64,000 nt of DNA, from the NCBI RefSeq assembly GCF_009914755.1, contig NC_060927.1, one strand, 5' to 3'. A program made the position numbers and the translations under genes. This document shows, in pieces, positions 12,881 to 26,860 of this stretch (within the stretch, counting starts at the first letter, position 1; every line of letters starts with the position of its first letter). The notes below the pieces were generated by a model. That model had not been told where the DNA came from, did not search any database, and was given only the letters and a program-made list of their open reading frames with translations. The stretch is from the human T2T-CHM13v2.0 reference genome, Homo sapiens.

Positions 12881-13750
12881 TATGGTGTAAATAACATGTA
12901 ATAAAGAATTTCAGAAGATGGCCGTGGGTTGAGGCACTGGTATAGGTTGAGGTTTTCATATTCATAATACTAGTAATCATAACAAAGATGATAATAATAA
13001 TTAATTATCATAATAATGTCCCAATCTATTTTAAGCACTGTGTGAGGTAGCTGTCAGACACCAGCAAGCACCCAGCAGACCTCCACCACAAGGAGCATAA
13101 CTGAGGAAGAGCCCCAGCTGCCTCGCTCTGCAATCTACTACCCTCTTTGCACTAGGGCCTGGTCTCCCACGGACAACTCCCAGTGGAGGTGAGAGCATGG
13201 CAGGGATTCCAAGGCAAGAAGGACTCCTCTGATGGTTGATTATTGCTCCAGGACTCCCCTTCAGCCTTGCTGAAACTTCTTTAGATTGCATGGCAGTTCA
13301 GGACACTTGTACCCAATCTTCCTTTCCTCCTCGCTTTCCTTGGAGTCAGACTTGCTTCCTGATGGCTCTGCTCTTCTAGACTTCCCTAAGTCCCTTCCGT
13401 TGTCCTTCACAGGGACATTTCCCCTAGGTAAACTCTTACAAGTTTAATCCCATTTTCATAGCCACTTCAGATACCCAAATGAAACACAGCAGCTGAAATA
13501 CAAGGTCTCACTAAATCCCACTTAAGGCCATTAAAGCATCTCTCTAAAAATAGGTGTTTTGTTATTCCTACGTCACAGATCAGGAAACTAAGGATTGGAA
13601 AGGTTAAGTGGTTATCATAGTTTTCAGCCTTTATTTAACAAGTTCTTATTAAACGCCTACTCTTTTCAAAATCAGGTGATAGGACTGAATCAAGACTTAA
13701 ACATGTTGCTTTCTAACTCTAAAGTGTATGTGTCAACCAGTACATTGCAG

Positions 13751-13965
13751 CAGTGGTTCTCAACTGGAGGCAATTTTTTCAGAGGACATTTACTTAATAA
13801 TGTCTGGAGACAATGCTGAATGTTGTAAGGGGGTGGAGCATGCTACTGGCATCTACTGGGTAGAGGCCAAGGACGCTGCTAAACATCCTGCAATGCACAA
13901 CAAAGCCCCAGCAACCAGGGAGTATCCAGCATCAAATATCAGTAGCGCAGAGGCCAGGAAACACT
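13751..13965 (+). mobile_element. MER20
   Basis: cagtggttctcaactgg...aatgtctggagaca...tgctactggcatctactgggtagaggccaaggacgctgctaaacatcc...gaaacactg. Confidence 0.88.
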
Positions 13966-15995
13966 GCATTGCAGCAGTAGAATTTCACTGAGCTAGAAAA
14001 GGAGGCAGATTCCCAGATATAAATGAGTAACAGAAGAATCAGGACCGTCAGGTATAAAAGTAAAAATAAATAAATATGGTCTCCAAGGAGAGGAAGGGAA
14101 GATTCAGATATCCCTAAATAAGAAAGGACTCATAATCATTGCAATACATAGTTATTAAATGCCTACTGTTAAAAAAAAAAAAAGCACTCAAAATCTGAAA
14201 GGCCAAGGAGAATGGAAACCAGGAAAAAGAGCTGGTTTGGGCTAATGTTACAAAAAATTGACTTTTTCTGAACAAATACAACTTCAGCATTACCTAAAAA
14301 ATTGAAAACAGAAATAAAAGGCATGCATGTATGCAATATACACAGACACACATGCACAGGTACACACATATATTGTGTGTGCTTAGTTATATTCCAGGCA
14401 TCTATGCTGAGCAGTTTTGCCACATGTATGTTATTTCTGCCCTCACTTTAAATTTCAGAAAACTGAGGCTTAGATCTAGAAAGTAGTTGAATTCCAGTAG
14501 AACCTAGAGCCAGAACTCAGAACCCTGTGCTCTAAAGCTGTATTCTAGAATGCCTGTGAGCAATGGAAATAAGTGAATTGTTTAGTAAAAACATTCTTCA
14601 AATTTTAAGAGAGTTGATACTAATAATTTGGTACACAATCCTAGGAAGCTTTTGAATGTGAATGCAGAGTTGAACGAACACAAACAAACAGAAAGCTCCC
14701 AGCACTTTTACTTCTTTTGGCAGGTATGTGTGTTGTATATATATATAACATATAAATAATAATGTGCTATGATTTGAGACATGGTGCAAAGTATGGGAAA
14801 AGTAACTTTATGCCAACATGATTTACTTCGTTGTGACCCAAGGAGATTTTGTACCACATGGGGAATACAGATTGACAATTATTCTCATTTCCATTTGCAC
14901 ATATCAATTGGTTAACAACAATTTCACGTTTAATCTATTACTTTTGCAGATAGATGCATTTTATTGATTGAATCAATGCTTAAAGTTTTCATGAACATCA
15001 CTTTCTACAGAAAATAGTTTCCCTAGAGGGTTCTAAAACGATACTTTTTAGAACAATAAACAATGGCTTTGTCATTTCTTGTAGTAGTGTTTATGTAGTA
15101 TTTCCACTGGAGACTGAATGTCATAGTCATCAATACAAAATTTGCAAGAAGTTTCCTAGAGAACTCATAAACCATTTGACAAAAATCAGTATCAAGTCAA
15201 GAGAGAAATATTCTGGTCATTTCTTTTTAGGTATGTTTCTTTTATTTTATTAGATACTTAATTCTCTTGCATGAATTTTTTTGGATAGTACGCGATAGGA
15301 TTCCCATACACATCCCGTAGAAGATATATTGCTTAGGACCATGCAATTTAGATGTTTGTTATAATTTTTTTCAGATTACATTTTTTGTTCCAGAGAAGTA
15401 AAGGGAAGAAATGAAGACCAGCAGGTTGCATACAACACAGAAAAGATCTGATGAAAATTCTACTATGGCCTGTTTATTTAGAAACAGATTGGCCGGATAA
15501 TGCTAATACTAATCACTGTCGTGGCTAAAATTTATTAAACACTCTCTCTGCTATGCATTTCAACATACACCCCTAAGAGGTTGGTACTAAATTTTCCATT
15601 TTAAAGATACGGAAAAAGATACATGATAAGTTTAAGTAACCTGTTCAGCTAGTAAGTGGCAGAGCTAGGTTACAAACCCAGGTGATCTTATTCCAGATCA
15701 GAAGATCTGGACCAAAAGAATTGGAAACAAGTCTGTCCTTCGTCTACTGTAACTCTTATTGAATATCATATGGGGATGATAAGTTAATAAACAAGTAGGC
15801 AAAATTATACTTATGTTGTGAACTGTGTGGACTTAAGGATTCGGTAGACTGGACTGTCACTTATATGATTAGAAATTTGGGTGGGACAATTAAGTTTACT
15901 CCCTTGAGACTAAGGATCTTCCATTATAAAACAGAATGGACTAGATTATGTAATCTCTAAAGTACTTTGTCACTAGTTCAAAAATACTCCAAAGG

Positions 15996-16290
15996 ACTCT
16001 GGAGGCCAAGGTGGGAGGATTACTTGAGGCCAGGAGATGGAAACCGTGTCTCTAAAAACGTTAGCTGGGCATGGTGGCTCGTGCATGTAGTCCTACATTA
16101 TGTAAACTCCAAAGTTCTTTCTTGCTAGCTCAAAAGTATTTCAAAGGACTCAGGAGGCTGAGGCAGAAGGATTGCCTGAGCCCAGGGTTCAAGGCTTCAG
16201 TGAGCTGTGATTGTGCCACTGCGCTCCAGCCTAGGCATCAGAGCAAGGCCCTATCTCTGGAAAAAAACAAAAAACAAACGAACAAAACAC
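15996..16290 (+). mobile_element. AluJ-like, 5'-truncated and rearranged
   Basis: ggaggccaaggtgggaggattacttgaggccaggag; right arm ggattgcctgagcccagggttcaaggcttcagtgagctgtgattg. Contains a non-Alu insert at 16093-16146. Confidence 0.85.
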
Positions 16291-16331
16291 GCCAGAGCAA
16301 AATGTCTTAGTGTTCAATCATTCTTTACACT

Positions 16332-16545
16332 TGTTTTATTTATTTTTAATTTTTATTTTTTGTGGGTACATAGTAAGTGTTTATGTTTATGGGGTATATG
16401 GGATATTTCAATAAAGGCATACAGTGTGTAATAATCACATCAGGGTAAATGGAGTATCCATCACCTCAAGCATTTATCCTTTGTGTTACAAACAATCCAG
16501 TCATACTCTTGTAGTTATTTTTAAACGTACAATTACATTATTCTT
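16332..16545 (-). mobile_element. L1MA 3' end fragment
   Basis: gtaataatcacatcagggtaaatggagtatccatcacctcaagcatttatcctttgtgttacaaacaatcc. Confidence 0.85.
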
Positions 16546-17149
16546 TATGCCTGTTTAAGATGCATTCTGAATGCGTAGAACTAAAGTCATTCTTTGATAC
16601 AGCAGTGTGAAATAGGAACTATAAAGAGTCGCTCTTATAGATGGAATGTGCTTCTGTGTTCTCTGTTTAGAAACACAGGAATAAAAATTTGGAATCTCTT
16701 CTGTTTGGATCTCACATGGTAGACCAAATGCCAGAAGGATAAATTAAATATTACTTAGTAGGGGGCAAGGACAATATAGATAATTTGTTCTAGTAAAACA
16801 GTCTTTACTTCTCTTTCATGAAGTGGGCAAAGAGATGAGTGTCACAGAACATGAATGGGGACAGCTACAGCAAAAGGTCAGATTTATCCTGTGAGAGAAT
16901 CTTCCATGTGTTGGGCACCAGTGGAGCCACATTTTTATAAATGGAACCACGCGAATTTAAAATAGAGAGCAACTTAAATATATCAAAATACTTTTACTTT
17001 ATATATAACATTTGAATAAAAAAATCTCTCAAGCAAAAATATAGTTAGAATTTTGTAATTTGAAAACTGGTGAGTCAAGTCCACTGGAAGCTAGCTGGCT
17101 TTACCCTTCACATGGTGAAACCACTTTAGCTGGTCAAAAGAAATAACCA

Positions 17150-17540
17150 ACGAAATTATGGAGTTGGCAAAAAGATCAGTAGTTGCCAAGGGTTTTGGGG
17201 AGGAGGGATAAATAGGTGGAGCACTGAGGATTTTTAGGGCAATGAAACTACTCTGTATAATACTACAGCAGTGAATTTATGTAATTATACATTTGTCCAA
17301 ACTCATAGAATGTACAACGCCAAGGGTGAACCCTAGTATAAACTACGGACTCTGGTGATAATGATGTTATCAACGTAGGTTTATTAATTATAACAAAGGC
17401 ACCACTCTGGGCAGGGTGGTGTTGATAGTGGGGGAGGGTATGCAAGTGTAGTGGCAGAGGATATACAGGAAATCTCTGTACCTTTATCTCAATTTTACTC
17501 TGAACCTAAAATTGCTCTAAAAAATAAAGTCTTAAAAAAT
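17150..17540 (+). mobile_element. L1MC (L1MC1/2-like) 3' end
   Basis: gaggatttttagggcaatgaaactactctgtat ... tgaacctaaaattgctctaaaaaataaagtc. Confidence 0.85.
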
Positions 17541-20352
17541 ACCCATCTTGCTGCCCCATGATTGGTTCTGATTTGTTTGACATTGTCCCGACCACATCCC
17601 CCTTTCATAAAGTAGCAGTCTTATGTCTCATTTAATCACAACAGGAGCCTCTGACCATGTCTAGGCATTTTCCTATAAATATAACATGACATTGTTTCCA
17701 TGTAACAGTAAAAATATTAGAGTCTGTAAAGAAAAATGTGTTTGAACTTATATATGATGTCATGAAGTTTAAGTGTGTAGATATTAACAGGCAGAACTGT
17801 TTCTTTTGAGTCTTCTGTAAGACCTCATTTAGCTTTCAAATAAGTACCTCGAAAGCCAAAAATCTTACAGATGAAAAATGAGCTATGATGTGGATTATTT
17901 TTTAGACATAATGGTGAAGAAGCATGTTCATGATCACATAAAAGTGTTGGTAAGAAAGAAATTCTGTAACAAAATTACTGTATAGTTCAATCTATCAGAA
18001 ACTATTCTTTGAAGGATGTCATTTATCAAAGTACAGATGCTGCTCTAAAAACTACATTGGCCTTTAAACATCACTAATTAGAAAGGAAGTAGAGCTTCAA
18101 TTTGCAATTTTTTTAATCTTCAATACTATTGACATCAAAAAAATCATTCAGAATGCTCATAAAAATTGCTTTCCATGTTTCTTATGACTAAAAAGATTTT
18201 TTCTGAAATGAATTAATCCTCATTCCCTGACACATTTGCCAGCATTCTGAGATGAAAAGAAAAAAACATTATTATGCACCCTTCCTGAGAGAGCAGTAGA
18301 GGCAGGAGCTGAGTTCAAAATTATTCATTTCTGCTTCAAATCTTTCTTGAAATCTTTTCCGTGGCTGTGATGTGCAAGAAATAGCTGGAGAATTTTTATC
18401 TCCACCCCCTCAAGTAACACAAATCATCTGCTCCCCCTTTTACAAACATGAAAGAGGAAAACTGTCCATGATGATTTGCAGAGAGTGGGTGTGTGTGAGA
18501 TCTGCTATTTCCATGGCTGGTTCAGAAGCTGATGTCACGATTACTTCCTACACAGCAATGTGGGAAACCACATTAGCAGCAGGAATCCCAGTTGGCAGAA
18601 TTGCCAATTGTACCTGATAAATAGACAGTTATTTGGAGGAGGAATCCTCTGGACACCTTAGAAAAGTCAGTCAACATTTCATTTAGAAATTAGAAGCTCC
18701 TAGAATGGGATGATGTATTTCAAAATCTTTAAGAAGTACAGTGTGGTACAACAATAAATGATTATTTTTATAGTGTTTGTCATCATCATTATTACATTAC
18801 TATAGCTGTATGCAAGTCTTTCAATAGACACATAAATGTTTCTCCAAAAGCAAGGGTTTTGGTGATCAGGAATGAAACTTAATATAAAAACTAAATTAAA
18901 TTGAACTTTTTAGAAATTGCCTTGAGAAAACCTGGGGTGGGAAATAAGGACTTGAAACTAGACTGGAAGATAATCTTGGATTCCGAGGGGACCCAAGATG
19001 ATTGGGAGCATGACTTTGGCAGGAAGTCATTTTAACATCATGGCATTGAGACATAAATGCCCACCTGAAATAGCTGGTAATATGGGGACTGAAGTACTCA
19101 TGTTAGTGTGACAGCAGCAGGGTCACTGGATTGAATAACTCCAGGGGGCACCATTCATCCATTCCTTTATTCCAGGAAGTGTTATGGAATACAAGGTATT
19201 ACACAGAAGCAGCAATTTGGAAAGACCATCTTGAGAGATTCTTCATAAAAACAGAACCCCGGTCTATAAGGTACACATTGAGATCAGTGTCACTCTGTCC
19301 ATGCTCTCATCCCACTTCTGTGTAGATGTCTTCTCCCATTTGCTATTGTGTTAAGACATCAGAATGGATCTTCCAAGGTGCTAATCTCTCTCCACCCCTG
19401 CAGAGGCTTATTGTTTCTTCTGAGAAAGTTGGCTGGTTATCCTGATGCAGCCAATTGATCTGTTGTAATAATAAATGCCCACTAAATTCAATTGCCAGGT
19501 TATCATTTATGGGTTTCAGTTCCTGCTCCATGGTTCTCTTGGAGGTCTAGGACTGAGCAAGACCTGAACTTGGTAGTTACCCATGTTCCAAATATAGTGT
19601 CTCTCAAACTTTGTCTTGACTGAACATTCCTTTGTTCAAAGAAATACTTACAGAGATGCCCAGTAAATGAAATAGAGAAGCTATGAATGCTGACTTTGGG
19701 AGCCTTTCCTGCTCATTGTCAATACCCACATGTTGACTTCACTTGTTCCACAGCAGCCACTGCGGGAATTCCATTAACTATCTAGAACTCTTTCATAGCC
19801 AGTGCTAATAACACTACTTAAACAAAAGCTGTTTCATTGTCTTTAACTGAATTTCTTGGGGTCTATTATCAACATTATTTGGAAATGTTCCCTTCTCCAC
19901 TCTAGAAATGAGCTGTGTTTCTAACTGATAATTTAAAACTAGCACTCCATCTCCATCAACTTAGAAATTAAATAAATTATTAAAAAAAATAAAATTAGCA
20001 CTGCAGTATTTATCTGTACCTACGGAACTGTATTATTCAGGATCCTTTGGTTGCAGAAAACCCAACTCATTCTGACCTAAAGAGGCTCTATTGGCTTAGA
20101 GGTAGACATAGATTGAAAGACTTAGAGGTGGCTCTGGATTCAAGCACAGCTTGCCTTCAGAGGGAAGAGAATATGCAAGATTCTATCTCTCTTTCTCACT
20201 CTTTTCCTGTTATTCACCTCAATTTAACTGATATTGGCTTTATTTATGGGCAGGCTTTCTTCACGTGATAGTCCCTAAGAAGTCTTTCCTGTGATTTTCT
20301 TTCCAAGTAATACCTACAGAATTTTTGTAACTATGATTCATTTGACCAGTTG

Positions 20353-21260
20353 TTTTTTAATTAATAGACTTTATTTTTTAGAGCCCTTTTAGGTTTATCA
20401 AAAAATTGAGCAGTGAATACTGACAGTTCCCAAAGATTCTCAACCCCTCCATACACAGTTTTCCCTATTAACATCTTGCATTGATGTGGTACGTTTATTA
20501 CAGCTGATGAACCAGTATTGATATAGCATTATAAACTAAAGTCCATAGTTTATATTAGAGTTCACCTTCTGTGTTGTAGAGTTTGTAAGTGTTTTGACAA
20601 ATATGTAATGTCATTTATTCACCATTACAGTATCGTACAGAATACTGTTCTAAAATTTCTGTCCTCCACCTATTCAGCATTTCCTCCCTCCTGCCAAACT
20701 CCTGGCCACTAGTGATATTTTTACTGTCTCTCGAGTTTTCCTTTTTCCTGAATGTCATATAGTTGGAATCATACAATGTTTCATCTTCACAGATTGGCTT
20801 CTTTCACCTAGCAATATGTACTTAAAGTTCCTTTCCGTGTGGCTTGAGGGCTTGCTCACTTGTTTTTATCACTGGGTGTTATTGTGTTGCATGGATATAC
20901 CACAGTTTGTTTTCTCATTCACCTATCGAAGGATATCCTGAATGCTTCCGAGTTTGGGCAATTACGAATAAGTCACTGGAAATGCTTGTGTGCAGGTTTG
21001 TGTGGACATAAGTTTTCAAATCATTTGGAGAAGTACCAACAAGAGTAATTGCTGGATCATATGGTAATACTATGTTTAGCTTCCTAAGGATCTGCAAGAC
21101 TGTCTCCAAAAATGGCCATACCTTTTTTCATTTCTATCTAAATGAATGAGTTGCTCTTACTCCACATCCTGGCCAGCATTTGTCCTTTTCAGTGTTTGGG
21201 ATTGTACCGTTCTAATAGTGGTATCTCATTGTTGTTTTAATTTGCAATACCCTAATGAGA
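20353..21260 (-). mobile_element. L1MC 3' fragment
   Basis: atagactttattttttagagc ... gaatgtcatatagttggaatcatac ... ctcattgttgttttaatttgca. Confidence 0.85.
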
Positions 21261-24200
21261 CTGGACTGGTTTTAGTTGGTGTCCATTCTTGAATCAAGCT
21301 CTGTAGTCTAGGGGATGGAATATAGCGATCAATCAGTTATGCATCTTGGGCTTTTTATTTAAGCCCAGGCCAAAAGGATAGTTTGTGATTTACAGATAAC
21401 AAATTCACAACTGAAAAGTGATTCACAGTTAAGAAAGACAAGTGGATGCCATACTGATAATACATCAGGAATTCACAAAATAAATACATAAACAAAACCT
21501 TCTGACAAAATGTAATATTAGAGTGTTCATATTTATATCATTCTCAGGTGAAAACCACATGGTGTCTTTCAAGGGTCAAGGAAAGAGGTGGTGTACATAT
21601 GAAGTGTGGGAGTTGCAACAAGTGGTAGTGGGAAGGCTGGGCTCCATTTCAACAATTTTTTAAAAAGTAGAATAAAATACATTTGTTTTCAGTATTAATT
21701 CTCCATTGTACACATTGATTCATGAGTATGTATAACTTCTCTCTGTATAAAACATATCACACAGTGTAAATGAAATAAACAATCCACTAGAGGTCTTTTA
21801 CAATTTAAATTAAGCTATTATTCAATGTAATTACTAGTCTGAACGTTTTGAAGTTTTTCAAAATAAGAACTGTGGAGGTTGTTTATTCTACAAGATAGTT
21901 CATTGCACAATTATGAATGATCAGCAAAACTCTGTGAGTTGATGATCATAGGGTATGTTTTAGTTGAGAACATATTTTTGGCAATGAATACACAATGCCT
22001 ATTAATTAAATCAAAGAGATATTTTATATATGTTGATTCAATAAATGTTCTTTTGAAAAGAATACATTGGCCAAGTAATAGGTAGCCACTCTAAATGCAA
22101 TTGGTAAATTTGAATCTTACAGCAGCAAAGGAAGTATGGGTTAAATGTTCGTAAATATTGGCACAAATTAGTGATGTTACTTGGGGAGAGAAGAAGAGAG
22201 TTGGCGTAAACATTTCACAGTTTTATAATGGTATTTGTCCAATGATTGATTTAGTCTTGTGATTGATCATTAGCAAAAGTGTAAACCATATGGCAACTGA
22301 CATTTATAAATGTGCTTTTATCAGTCAGTTTTACCCATTGAGAACAGCAATTTAAAGATTCAACACTTTGTAAGTATATTAACAGTATTCTGGAGAATTT
22401 ATTGAGTAATAGTGTTGGAAAGATTCTGTGTAGAATCTTTATAGAATCATGAAAGAATAGTATTGGAAAAGAATTTAAACTGGTGATAGACTATGTTTAC
22501 TTCATTCAAAAACCTGTGTTTATTTCATCCAAAGTTCTGATAATGTCAGAAGTTAGTGATTTCTGGAAATGCACTGGAAATAAATAAAAGAAAATGAGAA
22601 AAATGTACTTCATTCTTAGAGGATATGAATTTTAAATACCATGTGAAAAAATAGATCTGACCAAAATCAAATGGCCACAAAGTGAATGGGTTTGCTAAAG
22701 AGAGGAAAATCCTAAATATTTATACAAATTTCATCAGTCTCTGCCTTTGTTTTCTAATTTCTATACATTATTATATAGAGAAATTTTTCTAATGTATTAC
22801 ATTTATAGAATTTTAGAAAGTAACTGATGTAGCTACCAGTCCCACTAAAACTAGCAATAGTAGCTGTAGGTTTAATCAGTCGGCCTTTGTGTTTAAAATG
22901 AGACAAATTATTTTTGCCACCGTAACAGCAAATATAAGACAAAGTACAACATTCTCTGATTATAAATTGGAGAACTTGGTTAGAAGTTCACTCCTGCTTA
23001 TCAGTTGACTTAGGATATCATTTAACTATGATTTAAGTTATCATTTAACTGTCAACTTTTAATAATGTTATGACAAAGTACATTTTCACTTTGATAACAA
23101 TTGCTATTGTCATAATCATCTTCATCATCATCCACATTTTATTTCCATGATACTTCAAAATAGTCAAGTGTCACACTGCCCAAGAGAAGTATATCAAACA
23201 TGGTGCCATATTTTGGTCAAAAATTGTTTTGAGGTCTGAATTTACAGAAGGAGAAATAAGAGAAGAATCTGGATTGAAATAAATCATTTTATAGATGTAA
23301 CCTATTAAACACGCATTAATATACCAGAATAGTCATTTGGATCACTATGTTTTCTGGCAGATAGAGCACTTGAATGAAGATATACAAGTATGACTTAGTC
23401 ATTAATTAATTTCCCAAAACCTACTTAATCCTTCTGGGACTTGTCTCAGCTATAGAACTAAGAGAACAAAGTCAAACTTAAGTCAACGCAAGGTACTTAG
23501 CTTATGTAGCTAGTGTCTTTCAAAATATCTTTGAACAGTCTTAGTGGAATGTCACTTCACATTTTTCTGACATCTTTAACACTATTTCGGTTTCCAAAAC
23601 AGTTGCCACCTCTCTACCCAACTCTTTCCACCCTACCTTGGGTTATGTAGCTTCCTGGCTTTTCATTCTTCGTCTAGAATAAGATCAGAATTTTTTCCCA
23701 TGTGACTTATTTTAGAGGATTCCAGCTGTGGAAACAAACAAACACATATGAAAAGATGTAGCAGATTTCATCTGAATATTCTTTTAGAATTTTGCCAATC
23801 ATAAATGTTTCGAGAAAAGAGTGCTCTTAAAACTCTCCATTAGTATTTGCCCAGATTTGTTTATTCAATTTTGTCCAGAAAGAAGGGAGTTGGTTATTTT
23901 AAGTGCAAATACAGGACTCAATATTTCATTTATTCAGAAGGGGGCACACTTGTGCTTTTAATAGCAGATGTATTCGGATTTGCTGGTATACAAAATTTAT
24001 ACATAAACTTGCCACAGATGACAGAACTACTTCTCATTACCATGGTTTTTTAAAAGGCTTAATACTTCTTAAACAAGAAGAGTGACAGAATTCAACATGC
24101 AGGTTTCTTTTTAAAGAAGGTTTTTTTTTTTTTGTTTTTTTTTTTAAGTTCGAGAGTCCTTTTAGGTTAAAAACTTTGCAGTTTGTTCTGATAATTTTTC

Positions 24201-24913
24201 AATGTGATTGAAAGACGTCTATGATCATGGAAGTAACATGTTTTTGACAGCTTCTAATACATTTTAGTTTGACCTCTGACTTTCAGCAATTTGATAGCCT
24301 TAAAAATATTTTCTCTATTGGTTTTCATTAATAATGTGACATCATTTGTATGCCAAGATAACACTGACCTATTTGGAGGATAAAAACTTATGCAATAAGC
24401 TATCTTTCTACCAGTGGACTTAATTGTTCTTAGCCATAATTGTTTTTCCCAGGGACACAAGATCGTCTTGGCATGTTTGGCTAAGGAATTTACTCTAAAA
24501 CCTTTGAAAATCATAGCCAGCTTCCACTACTTTGGCCTCAGTGCTATTATGCTCTAGACAATTCAAGTATTTGGTCAAAAATGATAAAACCCAAACAATT
24601 TAAAATATACAGTAATAGCTGTGATAAATACAGAGGATACGAGAAGATAGAATACATATACAATTAAAATTTGCTTTGAGGTATTGTTAAAAACTTATAT
24701 GGGTTGTAACCTGTCTGAGAATATATATGACAATGGGGGATATCTTTACTATATAAAGCACTTTTACAAATGATAACGAATATTTAAGATAATTCAGTAG
24801 AAATATGCGAAGGTAAAAGATGGTCATTTGACAATTTCCAATATGGATGAATGGGAAATTATCATTATACTATAATCAGTGTATACAGGAAGACAGACCT
24901 AGTCTATATGGTT

Positions 24914-25333
24914 GATATAGTTCATATTTTTGTCCCTCTTCAAAACTCATGTCTAATTGTAATTCCCAATTTTGGAGGTGGACCTTGGTGGGAGGTGGTT
25001 TGATCTTAGGGGCAGATTTCTCATGAAGAGTTTAGCACCATCCACTTGGTGATGTTCTCATGATGATTAGTTCTCATGAGATCTGTGTGTTTAAAAGTAC
25101 GTGGCACTGCCCCCACCACTCTCTCTCACTCTGTCTCCCCTTCTCAGCATGTGATGAGCCTGCTCCCCATTTGCATTCTGCCATGATTAGAAGCCTCCTG
25201 AGGTCTCCCCAGAAGCAGATGCTGCTGTGCTTCCTATACATCCTGCAAAACTGTGACCCAATTAAACTTCTTTACTTATAATTTACCCAGTGTCTTATAG
25301 TTTCTTTACAGCAATGCAAGGAAGTCCTAATAC
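24914..25333 (+). mobile_element. MST (MSTA-like) ERVL-MaLR solo LTR
   Basis: TG...CA termini (tgatatagtt ... ctaataca) and internal aagcctcctgaggtctccccagaagcagatgc and ccaattaaac. Confidence 0.88.
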
Positions 25334-25747
25334 ATATTTTCAGTCTTCTGCCCTCACAAACTTTTCAAGACAGCAATCTTGATACAGATGTTAATTGATA
25401 TTTCATTTTCAGATGATAATCATGCAATATGTATCACTGATTTCAATATACCCCTTGACTAACCATTCAACATCTTTCTTAAGGAAATGATCTGAGAAAG
25501 AGATAACTGTACAAAGATGTTTATTGTCCTGATGCTTAAATAGTGAGCAGTTGGTAACCACATAAGCATCAAGGAAAACTAATTAGTTAAATGTGTTGTG
25601 GTACTTCATAACTATTTAAATGAGTACTTCATAACTATTAATACCACAAAGAGAGTCTACACCTATTGATTTTTTAAGTCTACATATGTTGGTAAATTGA
25701 AAAAGTAGGTTAACAGGGAGATTATGGAGTAATTCCAATTTTATGAG

Positions 25748-26505
25748 AGAACCATCATTCTACCCTCTATGTCTATGAGATAAATTATTTAGCTTGCACA
25801 CATAAATGAGAACATGAAATATTTGTCTCTCTTTTCCTTGCTTATTTCACTTAACATAATGTCGTCCAGTTCTACCCATGTTACTGTAAATGGCAGGATT
25901 TTATTCTTTATGGCTGAATAATATTCCAATAGACCACATTTTCTTTATCCATTCATCCACTGATGAACACTCAGGTTGATTCCATATCTTCACTGTTGTG
26001 ACTAGCGCTGCAATGAACATGAGAGTCCTGATATTTCTTGGATATACTGATTTTTCTTTCTTTTGGATATGTATCTCCTTTATTTGGGACATATGATAGT
26101 TTTATTTTTAGTTTTTTGAGAAACCTCTATACTGTTTTCCATAGTGGCTGTACTAAGTTACATTCCCACCAACAGTGTACAAGCATTCTCCTTTCTCTGC
26201 ATCCTTACTGGAATCCATTATTTTTTGTCTTTTTGATAAAGGACATATTGACTGGAGTGAGATGATATCTCATTGTGGTTTTGAATTGCAGTTTTTAGAT
26301 GATTATTGATGATGGCAATTTGTATGTCTTCCTTTAAGAAATGTCTACTGAGATCTTTCGCCCATTTTTAAATCATATTATTCGTTGACTTTTTTTCTAC
26401 TGAGTTGTTTGAATTTCTAATATATTCTGGCTATTAACCCCTTGTCAGTTGAATAGTTTGCAAATATTTTCTCCCACTCTGTAGGTTGTCTCCTTGCTTT
26501 GCTAT
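25748..26505 (-). mobile_element. L1M (L1MA-like) ORF2-end/3'UTR fragment
   Basis: Decayed ORF2 C-terminal translation LMFIAALVTTVKIWNQPECSSVDEWIKKMW. Confidence 0.9.
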
Positions 26506-26561
26506 GTGCTAACTAGCTTTTGTTGCATTATATTGGCCAAGCAAGTCACAAAACTAGTCTA

Positions 26562-26860
<299 letters not shown>

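Noticed and set aside
14710-15240. Scattered splice-like signals (ttttgcag, ag/gtatgt)
   Set aside because: No consistent acceptor-ORF-donor exon could be assembled. Host-gene or lncRNA exons cannot be excluded without transcript data.
18592-18607. TTGGCAGAATTGCCAA palindrome resembling an NFI site
   Set aside because: The spacer between TTGGC and GCCAA is 6 nt rather than the canonical 5.
17150-21260. Two L1MC 3' ends in inverted orientation
   Set aside because: Old, diverged, about 2.8 kb apart and apparently independent insertions.
25601-25640. Direct repeat gtacttcataactatt x2 (similar short repeats at ~31505 and 38221)
   Set aside because: Ordinary slippage duplications; no repeat-spacer architecture, so not CRISPR-like.
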